DNA of 64,000 nt from an uncultured Eubacteriales bacterium (GTDB lineage: Bacteria; Bacillota; Clostridia; Christensenellales; CAG-917). The position numbers were made by a program, and so were the translations under genes. Below, in pieces: positions 18,034-26,423 of the stretch. The stretch is taken from assembly GCA_900548005.1 (NCBI GenBank), contig URIZ01000002.1, positions 13,488-77,487 on the forward strand. Direction: 5' to 3'. The notes beneath the pieces were generated by a model, which worked only from the letters and a program-made list of their open reading frames with translations, searched no databases and was not told the origin of the DNA. Each line of letters starts with the position of its first letter. Position 1 is the first letter of the stretch.

Positions 18034-18993
18034 ATGGCAAACAACAACAAAAAACATTATTATTATAAAAATCGCCCCCGCAAACAAACGCCTGATGGGG
18101 CGCAAGAGCAACAAATCGCGCTTTTTTCTTCCGAGCAACTCCAAAAATCTCTATCCGATCTCGGCATAAGCGAAACAACCTGCGCTTTGCTTGAAAAAAA
18201 TCGTATTCAGACGGCGGCAGACCTTGTCAAACGCACCGAAAAGGACATGTACAAGGTGCAAGGGCTCAACAAGAAGATACTTTTTGAAGTCAAAGACGCA
18301 CTCAAAGCCAACGATATGTTTTTGAGAGCGGAAAGCGCACAGCAAAAACAAAAACCGCAAAAGCAAGACGCTCCAAAGACGGACAACAAGCAAAAATCCG
18401 ATTGCTTGACGGACGAGCGAGCAGAAAAGCAAAACTCGCAAAAGCCGCAAAAGAGTGAAGGAGTCACGCACTCAAAGTTCGGTCTTGCCGAAAGAGCGAC
18501 AAGCGGCAAAACTCAACAGCCCAAGTTGCAACAAAAATCTCAACAACAGCCGCAACAAGGCAAGGCGCAAAACAAAAACCAACGCCCCGAAAAGTTGACC
18601 GAGCCGCTCAAAGCAGGAGAGTGGCGCAAGGTGCTAAAAGGCGGCAAGTGGGGATATTCGGACGGATTTAAGATTGTCATTCCCACAATGTACGATGAGA
18701 TTTTCGCTTTCAAAGAAGGGCTTGCATCTGTGGAGCTCGACGAAAAGTGCGGCTATATCGATGAGCAAAACAACGTCGTAATTCCGCTCGAATACGACAC
18801 CGCAATGAGTTTTTCCGAAGGTTACGCAATGGTCGTAAAGGGCGAAAAATGCGGTTATATCAACAAAAACAACGAGATCGTCATTCCGTTTGAATACGAT
18901 GCCGCGACTCCGTTTGAAAACGGCGAAGCAAAGGTCAAAAAAGACGGCAAATGGGGGACGCTGACGCTCGACGGCAAGGTCGCTTGGATTTGA
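18034..18993 (+). CDS. hypothetical protein: N-terminal RpoA-CTD-like helix-hairpin-helix, Q/K-rich low-complexity linker, C-terminal WG (KWG-type) repeats
   Basis: LSDLGISETTCALLEKNRIQTAADLVKRTEKDMYKVQGLNKKILFEVKDAL resembles the RNA polymerase alpha CTD HhH. The C-terminus has repeated GKWGY / KCGYI...IPxEYD units. Confidence 0.55.
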   Translation: MANNNKKHYYYKNRPRKQTPDGAQEQQIALFSSEQLQKSLSDLGISETTCALLEKNRIQTAADLVKRTEKDMYKVQGLNKKILFEVKDALKANDMFLRAESAQQKQKPQKQDAPKTDNKQKSDCLTDERAEKQNSQKPQKSEGVTHSKFGLAERATSGKTQQPKLQQKSQQQPQQGKAQNKNQRPEKLTEPLKAGEWRKVLKGGKWGYSDGFKIVIPTMYDEIFAFKEGLASVELDEKCGYIDEQNNVVIPLEYDTAMSFSEGYAMVVKGEKCGYINKNNEIVIPFEYDAATPFENGEAKVKKDGKWGTLTLDGKVAWI

Positions 18994-19018
18994 TTTTCCG
19001 TTGTCGCTCGGCGCGCGT

Positions 19019-20920
19019 ATGAACAAATTCAAAAATTCTACAATTCGTTTTTCAAGGACGTATGCAATTGGTGTTTTGACCGTTGCACTCGTCCTTGTTT
19101 GCGTTTTTGCGAGTTTTTGCGGCATTTTCGGCGTTGCGGACGCTGTAAGCCCCGACGGCTATTTGCAGGACGTTGCCGACAAATCGCTCGATTGGTATAT
19201 GGCAAAAGACTATCTCGACCTTGCCACGCTCAAAAAAATCGTTGCGGGTTGGTTTTCGTCTTCGCAGTATGACTTTTCAAGTGTGAAACCCGTTGTGGTT
19301 GCCGTCATCGACTCGGGCATAAACTACAATCACGAGCAGTTTTGCGGCAAATACGATGAAAACGGCGTTGCCGTGAGCGGTGACGGAATCGGAGAATACG
19401 ACGTTCTATATCGTGATGAGAGCGGCAATATTATCGGCAAAAACACCGTGCTTCCCACCGACAAAAACTACGTTTCGTCGGGATATAGCGTGCTCGACGA
19501 CGCGCCAGATAGGCACGGCACGCACGTTGCGGGCATTCTTGCCACTTTTATACACGAACTCAATCTTGAAAAATATATAAAAATCATGCCGGTGAAAGCG
19601 GCGTATCCCACGGGGAGCACATCGACTTTTTCAAGCACGGCTTTCAATGACGGAGTGAAGTTTGCTCTCTCAAGCGGAGCAGATGTTGTTAATATGTCCC
19701 TTGCCTCCGACAGCGAGAATTTTTCTATTTCTTCTGCGAATTCAAAGAGAGCGGTGTTTGTTGCCGCGGCAGGTAACGGTGAAAAATCATTGTTTGGAAC
19801 AACAACACCTGTATCCTCCGACAAGAAAAAATACTATCCGGCGGCATGTGACGGCGTGATCGGCGTGATGAACTACACAAAAGACGCGTCCGGCAACAAA
19901 ATTCTCTCGTCCACGTCAAACTACGGCTCGAAGTATGATCTATGCGCACCCGGCACGGACTATATGAGCGCGGACGGCAAGACGAATGACGGATACAAAA
20001 AACTCGGCGGCACGAGCATGGCTTGCCCGGTTGTGTCCTTTGGCGCGGCACTTGCGATACTTCAAGATAGGGCAAAAGCGGCGGCAAGCGGCGAAACCTT
20101 GATGACATACGAGCAAATCGCAAAGAAAGTGAAAACTTCTCTTGGCTCGAAGATACAGCAATACGGCAGCAGTTTCAGCGTGTTCGATCTTTGCGAGCTT
20201 GCAAACGACAGTGTGCGCGTGCAAATCAAGTGCGACAGCGACAATCTCACCCAAGATTTGTTCGACGTCAAGGACGTGACGCTCTCCTTAGTGGTTTCGC
20301 CCTTCAAGTTTGACAATCTCGGCAAGGTGGAATGGTTTGAAAAAAATCAGGACGGCAGCGAAACTCGCATTGCGTTTTCAACGTTCAAGATAGACTATTC
20401 GCTTGAAAAAAGAGTGTTTTCCACGACTATTTACGCCAAATGGACGTATGAAACGGAAAAAGAATCGTACAAGGCGCAAAGCGAGCCTGTCACAATATCC
20501 GTAAATTATGTCGAGTATTCGCCCGAGCAAATCTCAAAGCTGAAAATCTCTGCTCTTGACGGCAACGGCAGTGAAGTGTCGCGCGTGGTGTGTCAGGCAG
20601 GGGAAGAGTACACTTTCAAGATAAACGACTTCATGACCGACTACGTGTCGCCAACGCTTGACGTGCAATGGTACGTCAACGGCGTGCTGAAAGCTCGCGG
20701 CACGGAGTTTGTCTTTGTCCCGTCCAATCTCGGCACTTACACCGTGACGGCAAAGATCGACGGACACTACACAAGCGGCGTTGAGATCAATGTGGGCATC
20801 ATCAGCGAGCAGACGGCAGACGTTCTAAAAATCTTCACGATCGTTGCATCGGCGGCGATTGCGGCGGCATTTGCCGTGACAATGTGCGTGATCGTTGCAA
20901 GAAAGCGCAAGTCAAAGTGA
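19019..20920 (+). CDS. S8 family (subtilisin-like) serine peptidase with signal anchor and C-terminal TM anchor
   Basis: Catalytic triad contexts VAVIDSGI (Asp), HGTHVAGIL (His) and GGTSMACPVV (Ser). C-terminal IFTIVASAAIAAAFAVTMCVIVA followed by RKRKSK. Confidence 0.8.
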   Translation: MNKFKNSTIRFSRTYAIGVLTVALVLVCVFASFCGIFGVADAVSPDGYLQDVADKSLDWYMAKDYLDLATLKKIVAGWFSSSQYDFSSVKPVVVAVIDSGINYNHEQFCGKYDENGVAVSGDGIGEYDVLYRDESGNIIGKNTVLPTDKNYVSSGYSVLDDAPDRHGTHVAGILATFIHELNLEKYIKIMPVKAAYPTGSTSTFSSTAFNDGVKFALSSGADVVNMSLASDSENFSISSANSKRAVFVAAAGNGEKSLFGTTTPVSSDKKKYYPAACDGVIGVMNYTKDASGNKILSSTSNYGSKYDLCAPGTDYMSADGKTNDGYKKLGGTSMACPVVSFGAALAILQDRAKAAASGETLMTYEQIAKKVKTSLGSKIQQYGSSFSVFDLCELANDSVRVQIKCDSDNLTQDLFDVKDVTLSLVVSPFKFDNLGKVEWFEKNQDGSETRIAFSTFKIDYSLEKRVFSTTIYAKWTYETEKESYKAQSEPVTISVNYVEYSPEQISKLKISALDGNGSEVSRVVCQAGEEYTFKINDFMTDYVSPTLDVQWYVNGVLKARGTEFVFVPSNLGTYTVTAKIDGHYTSGVEINVGIISEQTADVLKIFTIVASAAIAAAFAVTMCVIVARKRKSK

Positions 20921-20957
20921 AAGAGCGGTGCGCGCTCATATTTTGACGTAAACAATT

Positions 20958-21041
20958 TTTTGCGAATTTCAATAACTATATATTTTGCGAATTTTGAATT
21001 GTAGATTTTGCAAATTTCAGAAAAGTTAGATTTCACAAATT
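20958..21041. repeat. four tandem ~24-bp T-rich repeats (TTTTGCGAATTT core)
   Basis: Cores at 20958, 20983, 21006 and (degenerate) 21031, in the gap between the S8 peptidase gene and rpsT. Confidence 0.7.
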
Positions 21042-21104
21042 GCGGCTATAGGCAAGCATAAAAAACATCGAATTTTCCGACAAAATCACAAAACGTGTTC
21101 AACG

Positions 21105-21134
21105 AAAAAAAGACTGCTTGAAGAGCAGTCTTTC
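21105..21134 (-). terminator. terminator for rpsT
   Basis: AAAAAAAGACTGCT-TGAAG-AGCAGTCTTTC, with the T-run on the minus strand. Confidence 0.8.
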
Positions 21135-21162
21135 AAAAGACAAGTTTTCTTGTTGTTATACT

Positions 21163-21429
21163 TTATGCTTTGATAGCGTCAAGAGCGCGGCAAAGAGTGG
21201 ATTTCTTTCTTGCAACCGTGTTCTTTTTGTAGATGCCGTCTTTGAATGCGCAGTCGATAACAGAAATTGTCTCGGGGAGAAGTTTCTCTGCAAGAGCAAC
21301 GTCTTTTGCTTCGATAGCCGCATTGTATTTTTTGATAGCGGTTCTAACACGCGCTTTCTTTGCGGTGTTGATTTCGTTTCTCTTTTCAGAAGTGATAACT
21401 CTCTTTTTTGCTGACTTAATATTTGGCAT
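21163..21429 (-). CDS. rpsT: 30S ribosomal protein S20
   Basis: MPNIKSAKKRVITSEKRNEINTAKKARVRTAIKK is a canonical S20 N-terminus. Confidence 0.92.
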   Translation of the reverse strand: MPNIKSAKKRVITSEKRNEINTAKKARVRTAIKKYNAAIEAKDVALAEKLLPETISVIDCAFKDGIYKKNTVARKKSTLCRALDAIKA

Positions 21430-21540
21430 ATTTTACTCCTTGTACTTTTGTACCGATAAATATCTTTGATATATTAGCATAAACGCAAAAATCTTGCAAC
21501 CGTTTTGCATTGTTTTTTCACACAATCTCACAATAATATT

Positions 21541-22407
21541 ATGATTTACGGACATATAGTCACGGATTTGGCGGTGGAAGGAGCAATGGAGAACGGTTTT
21601 GGCTCGCTCGTGGACAAAAAGTCGCTCTCGCACGGGCTTGAAAAACGCTCGCTGTGGATCAAAACAGCAGAGCAGGCGCACAAAATCGGTCGGGACATGG
21701 GCAAATACGTCACGTTTGACGCAAAAGAGAACGTGTATTCCGACAGCGCGGCGCAAAATTACCTTGCAACGCAAATCGCCACGTCTTTGAAAAACCTCAT
21801 CGGCGCGACAAAACGATCTTCTGCCGTGCTTGTGGCAGGGCTTGGCAACAGACTTATCGTATCCGACTCGCTCGGCTCTCGCACGGTTGAAAAATTGCGT
21901 GTGACAAGGGATTTGAATTCGTCCGCTCTTCAAAGCGTATGCGCGCTTGCAACGGGAGTGTCGGCCATGACGGGCATGCAGTCAGCCGAGATTATCGGGG
22001 GAGTCGCAAACAAAATCAAACCTTGCGCGGTCATCGTCATCGACAGCCTTGCAACATCAAGCGTAAAGAGATTGGGGCGTTCTTTTCAAATCTCCACCAC
22101 GGGCATTTCTCCCGGCAGCGGCGTGGGGCTTGACAAAGAGCGTATCGACAAATCGACGCTCGGTGTGCCAACGCTTTCCATCGGTGTGCCTATGATGCTT
22201 GCGCTTAAAACGGCGATATACAATTTTGTCAAAGATTTTGCAACCGGCGACGGAAAAACCATAGACGAATTTGCCCTTCGAGAGAGTATGAAACAAGAAA
22301 ATTTGTCAAGCCTTGTCGTAGCTCCCAAAGACATAGATTTTCTCGTCGAAAAAGCGTCAAGTATTATCTCGCAATCTATCGAAATCGCGCTAAATATAAA
22401 CGTATAA
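21541..22407 (+). CDS. gpr: GPR endopeptidase (spore germination protease, peptidase A25)
   Basis: TDLAVE near the N-terminus, VAGLGNRLIVSDSLG, and a conserved C-terminal half. Divergent from rpsT as in Bacillus/Clostridium. Start is ATG 21541, with TTG 21505 as an alternative. Confidence 0.8.
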   Translation: MIYGHIVTDLAVEGAMENGFGSLVDKKSLSHGLEKRSLWIKTAEQAHKIGRDMGKYVTFDAKENVYSDSAAQNYLATQIATSLKNLIGATKRSSAVLVAGLGNRLIVSDSLGSRTVEKLRVTRDLNSSALQSVCALATGVSAMTGMQSAEIIGGVANKIKPCAVIVIDSLATSSVKRLGRSFQISTTGISPGSGVGLDKERIDKSTLGVPTLSIGVPMMLALKTAIYNFVKDFATGDGKTIDEFALRESMKQENLSSLVVAPKDIDFLVEKASSIISQSIEIALNINV

Positions 22408-22683
22408 AAATCGAAAACCACGATCAAAAAGGCTTGTAATTAAAGCTAAAACCATCAGGATAAACCATATAAAAAAACGGAAAATTTCGCATGATAAAAA
22501 GTGTATAAAACAAATCGACACGGCGATTTGATTTTTTCATTGAAACTATTGTATTTTCAACATTCTAACGACATAAAATGCCGTTTTTCATTGAATTTGA
22601 AAAGTGTGTAAATCTTGCTTTTTTTTGTCTGTAATTTGGTTGTGTTCTATCAGTCTATTTTCTGTTTTCGTTTTACTATTCAA

Positions 22684-23421
22684 TCAAATCTCCCTGCCGC
22701 TCAAAAGGGTTGTGAGAATACGTCTGTATTTTTGCGTTTCGTCCTGTCCGCTGAACACAAATTTTACGTTGTTTAGGTCAAAATTTTGCGCTTTTTTATT
22801 AGCAAAATTTGCATATCCGTGACGTGCAAGCTCGGCTTTTAGATTGTGCAACACAAGGTCGTTTCCGTCAAAAAACGTGACGTTGCCAAGCACGCGCTTT
22901 ATCGTTTTTTTGCAATACGGATAGTGCGAGCAACCGAGAATAACGTTGTCAACGCCATAGAATTTGCCTATACGTTTTTTAAGGTAGGGCAACAGCTCGC
23001 TCATATCCAGCGTATCTTTGTTTATTTCGGCTTGTATTTCAATCATGGTTGCAAGCTCTGACGTGTCTGCGATTTTGCCGCAATCGGGTCGGAGATTTTC
23101 AAGCGTTCTTGTGGTTGCCATAAGCAACGTTTTGTCGGGAATCGACTTGCAAAGACAGTCGGGAGGCAAGAGTTTCACCACATCGTCGCTTTTGTATGCG
23201 GTGGACGCCGTGTTGCACGCAAGCACTTGGACGTCGCTGTTGTTTTTGAGTTTCAAAACGGCGTGATTTACGATGTTTTCAATCTCTTTTTCGCTCTTGT
23301 TGCCGTATGGGTGGTGAAGGTTGTCCGCATAGTAAAAGAATTCGCAATCGGGGTATAACCGTGCGATTTTTTCAAGTGTAGTGAGCCCGCCGATGCCGCT
23401 GTCAAGAATTCCGATAATCAT
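22684..23421 (-). CDS. murI: glutamate racemase
   Basis: DSGIGGLT, ACNTAS and GCSHYP motifs (both catalytic Cys contexts). Confidence 0.88.
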   Translation of the reverse strand: MIIGILDSGIGGLTTLEKIARLYPDCEFFYYADNLHHPYGNKSEKEIENIVNHAVLKLKNNSDVQVLACNTASTAYKSDDVVKLLPPDCLCKSIPDKTLLMATTRTLENLRPDCGKIADTSELATMIEIQAEINKDTLDMSELLPYLKKRIGKFYGVDNVILGCSHYPYCKKTIKRVLGNVTFFDGNDLVLHNLKAELARHGYANFANKKAQNFDLNNVKFVFSGQDETQKYRRILTTLLSGREI

Positions 23422-23668
23422 ACTCTTTTGTATGCAGAATGTCGATATTTTGTTATAAAGGCGATTTTTGCAAGTTTTGGTTTTTTCTTACAAATCTTGC
23501 AATCGAACGTTCGTTTGATAATTTTGTTGTGTAAAAACCGATATTCTAATCAGGTGTTTTGAGATAAGCGACAAAAGGTGCGAGAATTGTGCGAATTTTT
23601 TTTCCGCTATCTAACAAGTTGTATCGCGCCATACGCTTTCAAATGGCTTTTGCGAGCAAAATTTGCTC

Positions 23669-23697
23669 TTGAAAATGTGGTTTTTTTATTATATAAT
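23669..23697 (+). promoter_or_regulatory. sigma-A-type promoter for the EF-G paralogue
   Basis: TTGAAA, 17-nt spacer, TATAAT, about 30 nt upstream of the ATG. GAGG RBS. Confidence 0.65.
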
Positions 23698-23726
23698 GTA
23701 GCTATCCACTTGAAAAGAGGTAAATT

Positions 23727-25790
23727 ATGAAGATTTTTGATACAGACTCAATCCGCAACGTTTCGCTCATCGGCCACTCAGGCGAGGGCAAAACATCCCT
23801 CGCTGAAGCAATGATGTTTGAAGCAAAGACCATCGATCGTCTCGGCAAAGTCGATGACGGCTCTTCCACGATGGACTATGACGATGAAGAAATAAAACGT
23901 AAAATATCAATTTCTTTGTCGCTCGGCTATGCAATTTATCGCAACACCAAGATAAACATCCTTGACGCTCCCGGATTTTTTGACTTCGAAGGCGAGATGA
24001 TCGCTGCTTTGCACGCGGCAGACAGCGCAGTTGTCGTCACAAGCGCGACAGGCTCTGTCACGGTCGGCACTGAAAAAGCTCTCGAACTTTGCCAAGAGAA
24101 GAGAGTCTCGGCTCTTATTTTCGTCAACGCCGTTGACAAAGACAACAGTGACTTTATGGGCACTGCAAGAGCTATCATGGCAAAATACAAGAGCGTTGTC
24201 CCCATCGAGCTTCCCATCATGGAAGGCGGCAAAATGGTCGGCGTGGTTGACGTGCTCACCGGCAAGGCGTTTGACCTTTCCGATAAAGAAATCCCCACGC
24301 CCGCATCTATGAAGGCTGATGTTGACGAGTTCAACGGCAAACTTATGGAAATGATCGCCGAGACCGACGAAGAGCTTATGATGAAGTTCTTTGAAGGCGA
24401 AGCGTTCACCGAAGAAGAGATCCAAAAAGGATTGCACGTTGCAATCGCAGACGACATTTTCGTGCCGCTTGTTGCAGGCAATGCGCAGACCTCCAAGGGC
24501 GTGAAACGTCTTATGGACAAACTTGTCGATCTCATGCCGCATCCGCAAAGAGCGCATAAGATCAAAGCCATCAAGAACGGTGAAGAAATCGAAGTCGGCG
24601 TTGATCCGTTCGCTCCGTTCTGCGCGCAAGTCATCAAATCGGTTGTCGACCCGTACGTCGGAAAACTTCTTATCTTCAAAGTTCTCGGCGGCAAACTTTC
24701 AAGCGGCGACACTGTCTACAACGTCAGCGTTGACAAAACTGAAAAAATCGGCACGCTCTACGTGCTTAAAGGCAAAAAACAAGAACCTGTCGATTGCTTG
24801 AACGCAGGCGACATCGGCGCAGTTGCAAAACTTGTGTACACCAACACCAACGACACTCTCGCAACCCCCGACAACAAGATCCAATTTGAGAAAATCGAGT
24901 TCCCGAGCCCCGTCATTTCCTATGCGGTCAAGGCTCTCAAAGACGAAGAAAAAGCCATCCAAGGTCTTATCAAGATGCAAGAAGAAGACGCGACCTTCAA
25001 GGTGGAAAAGAACGTTGAAACCGGTGACGTGCTTATCAGCGGTTTGGGCGAGGCGCAACTTGACATCATGTGCAAGCGCGTCAAAGCAAAACTTGGCATC
25101 GACATCACGTGGCAAGAGCCCAGAGTCGCATATCGCGAAACCATCCGCAAGACTGCGTCCGCAGAAGGCAAACACAAGAAACAATCGGGCGGCGCAGGTC
25201 AATACGGTGACGTCTTCATCAAGTTTGAGCCGGGCGCGGCTGACGGCGAATTTGAGTTTGTCGACGCAGTTGTCGGCGGCGCAGTTCCTCGTCAATTTAT
25301 CCCCGCAGTCGAAAAGGGCTTGCGCGAGGCAATCAAACACGGCGTTCTTGCAGGATATCCGATGGTCAACCTCAAAGCTACGCTTTATGACGGCAAATAT
25401 CACCCCGTAGACTCCAAGGAAATCGCATTCGTCACCGCGGCGAAACTCTCCTATGCAGACGGCATTGCGGCGGCAGGTCCGTGCTTCCTTGAACCTATCG
25501 TTGAGGCAAGAGTGGTTGTGCCCGATGAGTATCTCGGAGACATTCTCGGCGACATGAACAAGCGTCGCGGTCGTATTCTCGGCACGGATATGGCAAACGG
25601 CAAACAAATCATCACCGCAGAAGTTCCGCAAGCCGAAATGTTCCGCTATGCAACCGATCTTCGCTCCATGACGCAGGGTCGTGGCAAGTTTGACATGCAC
25701 GTCGTCCGCTATGAAGAAGTGCCTGCAATGAACAACGACAAGATTATTGCGGATGCGAAGAAGCGTGAAGAAGAGGCCGCCAAAAAATAA
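23727..25790 (+). CDS. elongation factor G-like translational GTPase (divergent paralogue)
   Basis: Five-domain EF-G length and order. G1 is GHSGEGKTS. G3 reads DAPGFFDF (no His after DxPG) and G4 reads NAVD instead of NKxD. Not located in an str operon. Confidence 0.85.
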   Translation: MKIFDTDSIRNVSLIGHSGEGKTSLAEAMMFEAKTIDRLGKVDDGSSTMDYDDEEIKRKISISLSLGYAIYRNTKINILDAPGFFDFEGEMIAALHAADSAVVVTSATGSVTVGTEKALELCQEKRVSALIFVNAVDKDNSDFMGTARAIMAKYKSVVPIELPIMEGGKMVGVVDVLTGKAFDLSDKEIPTPASMKADVDEFNGKLMEMIAETDEELMMKFFEGEAFTEEEIQKGLHVAIADDIFVPLVAGNAQTSKGVKRLMDKLVDLMPHPQRAHKIKAIKNGEEIEVGVDPFAPFCAQVIKSVVDPYVGKLLIFKVLGGKLSSGDTVYNVSVDKTEKIGTLYVLKGKKQEPVDCLNAGDIGAVAKLVYTNTNDTLATPDNKIQFEKIEFPSPVISYAVKALKDEEKAIQGLIKMQEEDATFKVEKNVETGDVLISGLGEAQLDIMCKRVKAKLGIDITWQEPRVAYRETIRKTASAEGKHKKQSGGAGQYGDVFIKFEPGAADGEFEFVDAVVGGAVPRQFIPAVEKGLREAIKHGVLAGYPMVNLKATLYDGKYHPVDSKEIAFVTAAKLSYADGIAAAGPCFLEPIVEARVVVPDEYLGDILGDMNKRRGRILGTDMANGKQIITAEVPQAEMFRYATDLRSMTQGRGKFDMHVVRYEEVPAMNNDKIIADAKKREEEAAKK

Positions 25791-25799
25791 TCGTTCTAT

Positions 25800-26232
25800 T
25801 TAGCGAATAACTACGGCAGAGCCACGCTCCCGTCAACTCATGTACGCTCAGTACATTAGGGTTGCCGTTAGCGTGGCTCTTTCTTGTTCTTCATCTAAAT
25901 ATAACGATTATTTCACTTAATATTTATTGACTGCCGCAAAAAAACAACTCATGTACCAAATGTACACTAGGGTTGTTGCCCAAGGGGCTTTTCCTTGCTC
26001 TACATCTAAATATCAGCCTTATTTACTAGTTTTTTTATTAGCGAATAACTTCGGCAGAGCCACGCTCCCGTCAACTCATGTGCCAAATGTATATTAGGGT
26101 TGCCGATAGCGTGGCTCTTTCTTGTTCTTCATCTAAATATAACGATTATTTCACTTAATATTTATTGACTGCCGCAAAAAAAACAACTCATGTATCAAAC
26201 TTACACTAGGGTTGTTGCCCAAGGGGCTTTTC
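25800..26232. repeat. tandem array of four ~118-bp units (X1-Y1-X2-Y2; 238-bp super-period), each carrying a conserved bulged hairpin
   Basis: X1 25800-25917, Y1 25918-26037, X2 26038-26155, Y2 26156-26232 (truncated). Shared core is CAACTCATGTRY-loop-RTRYAYTAGGGTTG. X units add an outer stem AGAGCCACGCT/AGCGTGGCTCT (25818-25880, 26056-26118). Confidence 0.9.
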
Positions 26233-26252
26233 CGAACAAAAGCCGTCATTGC

Positions 26253-26394
26253 GGCAACGGCATCGCTTGCGTGCAAGCAACGCCGAGAGCCGCATTAGGC
26301 TTGTTGTTCTGCTAACCGCGCCGAAAATCTTTGCTATCAGTCTGGTCACGGACAAAAACTCCTGCCGCAATTTCGCAAGATTGTCGGCTTGGTG
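26253..26394. repeat. dispersed repeat, P+Q modules (copy 1 of 4)
   Basis: GGCAACGGCATCGCTTGC..GCAAGCAAYGCCGAGAGCC hairpin followed by TCTGCTAACCGCG...AAAAACTCC..CCGCARTTTCGC.ARATTRTCKGCTTGGTG. Other copies are at 46323-46510, 46511-46658 and 56733-56820. Confidence 0.85.
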
Positions 26395-26423
26395 TTTTAA
26401 GCGGTAAAATTCAAATATTCCGT

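Noticed and set aside
23907-25700. Three long minus-strand ORFs (240, 258 and 333 aa) across the EF-G paralogue
   Set aside because: All are antisense to a full-length EF-G-like CDS and have no recognisable motifs.
25841-25921. Small ORFs starting at the ATG inside each hairpin (e.g. MYAQYIRVAVSVALSCSSSKYNDYFT; Y-unit version MYQMYTRVVAQGAFPCSTSKYQPYL...)
   Set aside because: There is no Shine-Dalgarno, and the ATG is buried in the hairpin stem. Differences between X and Y units are mostly non-synonymous, stop positions are not conserved, and the peptides are not hydrophobic like type I toxins. They are more likely a by-product of repeat conservation.
25800-26232. Possibility that the tandem array is a CRISPR array or an integron attC series
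   Set aside because: The units are ~118 bp with no alternation of short identical repeats and unique spacers. No cas, integrase or cassette ORFs are nearby. The hairpin ends (CGTCAAC / GTTGCCG) do not fit the RYYYAAC / GTTRRRY attC core sites.
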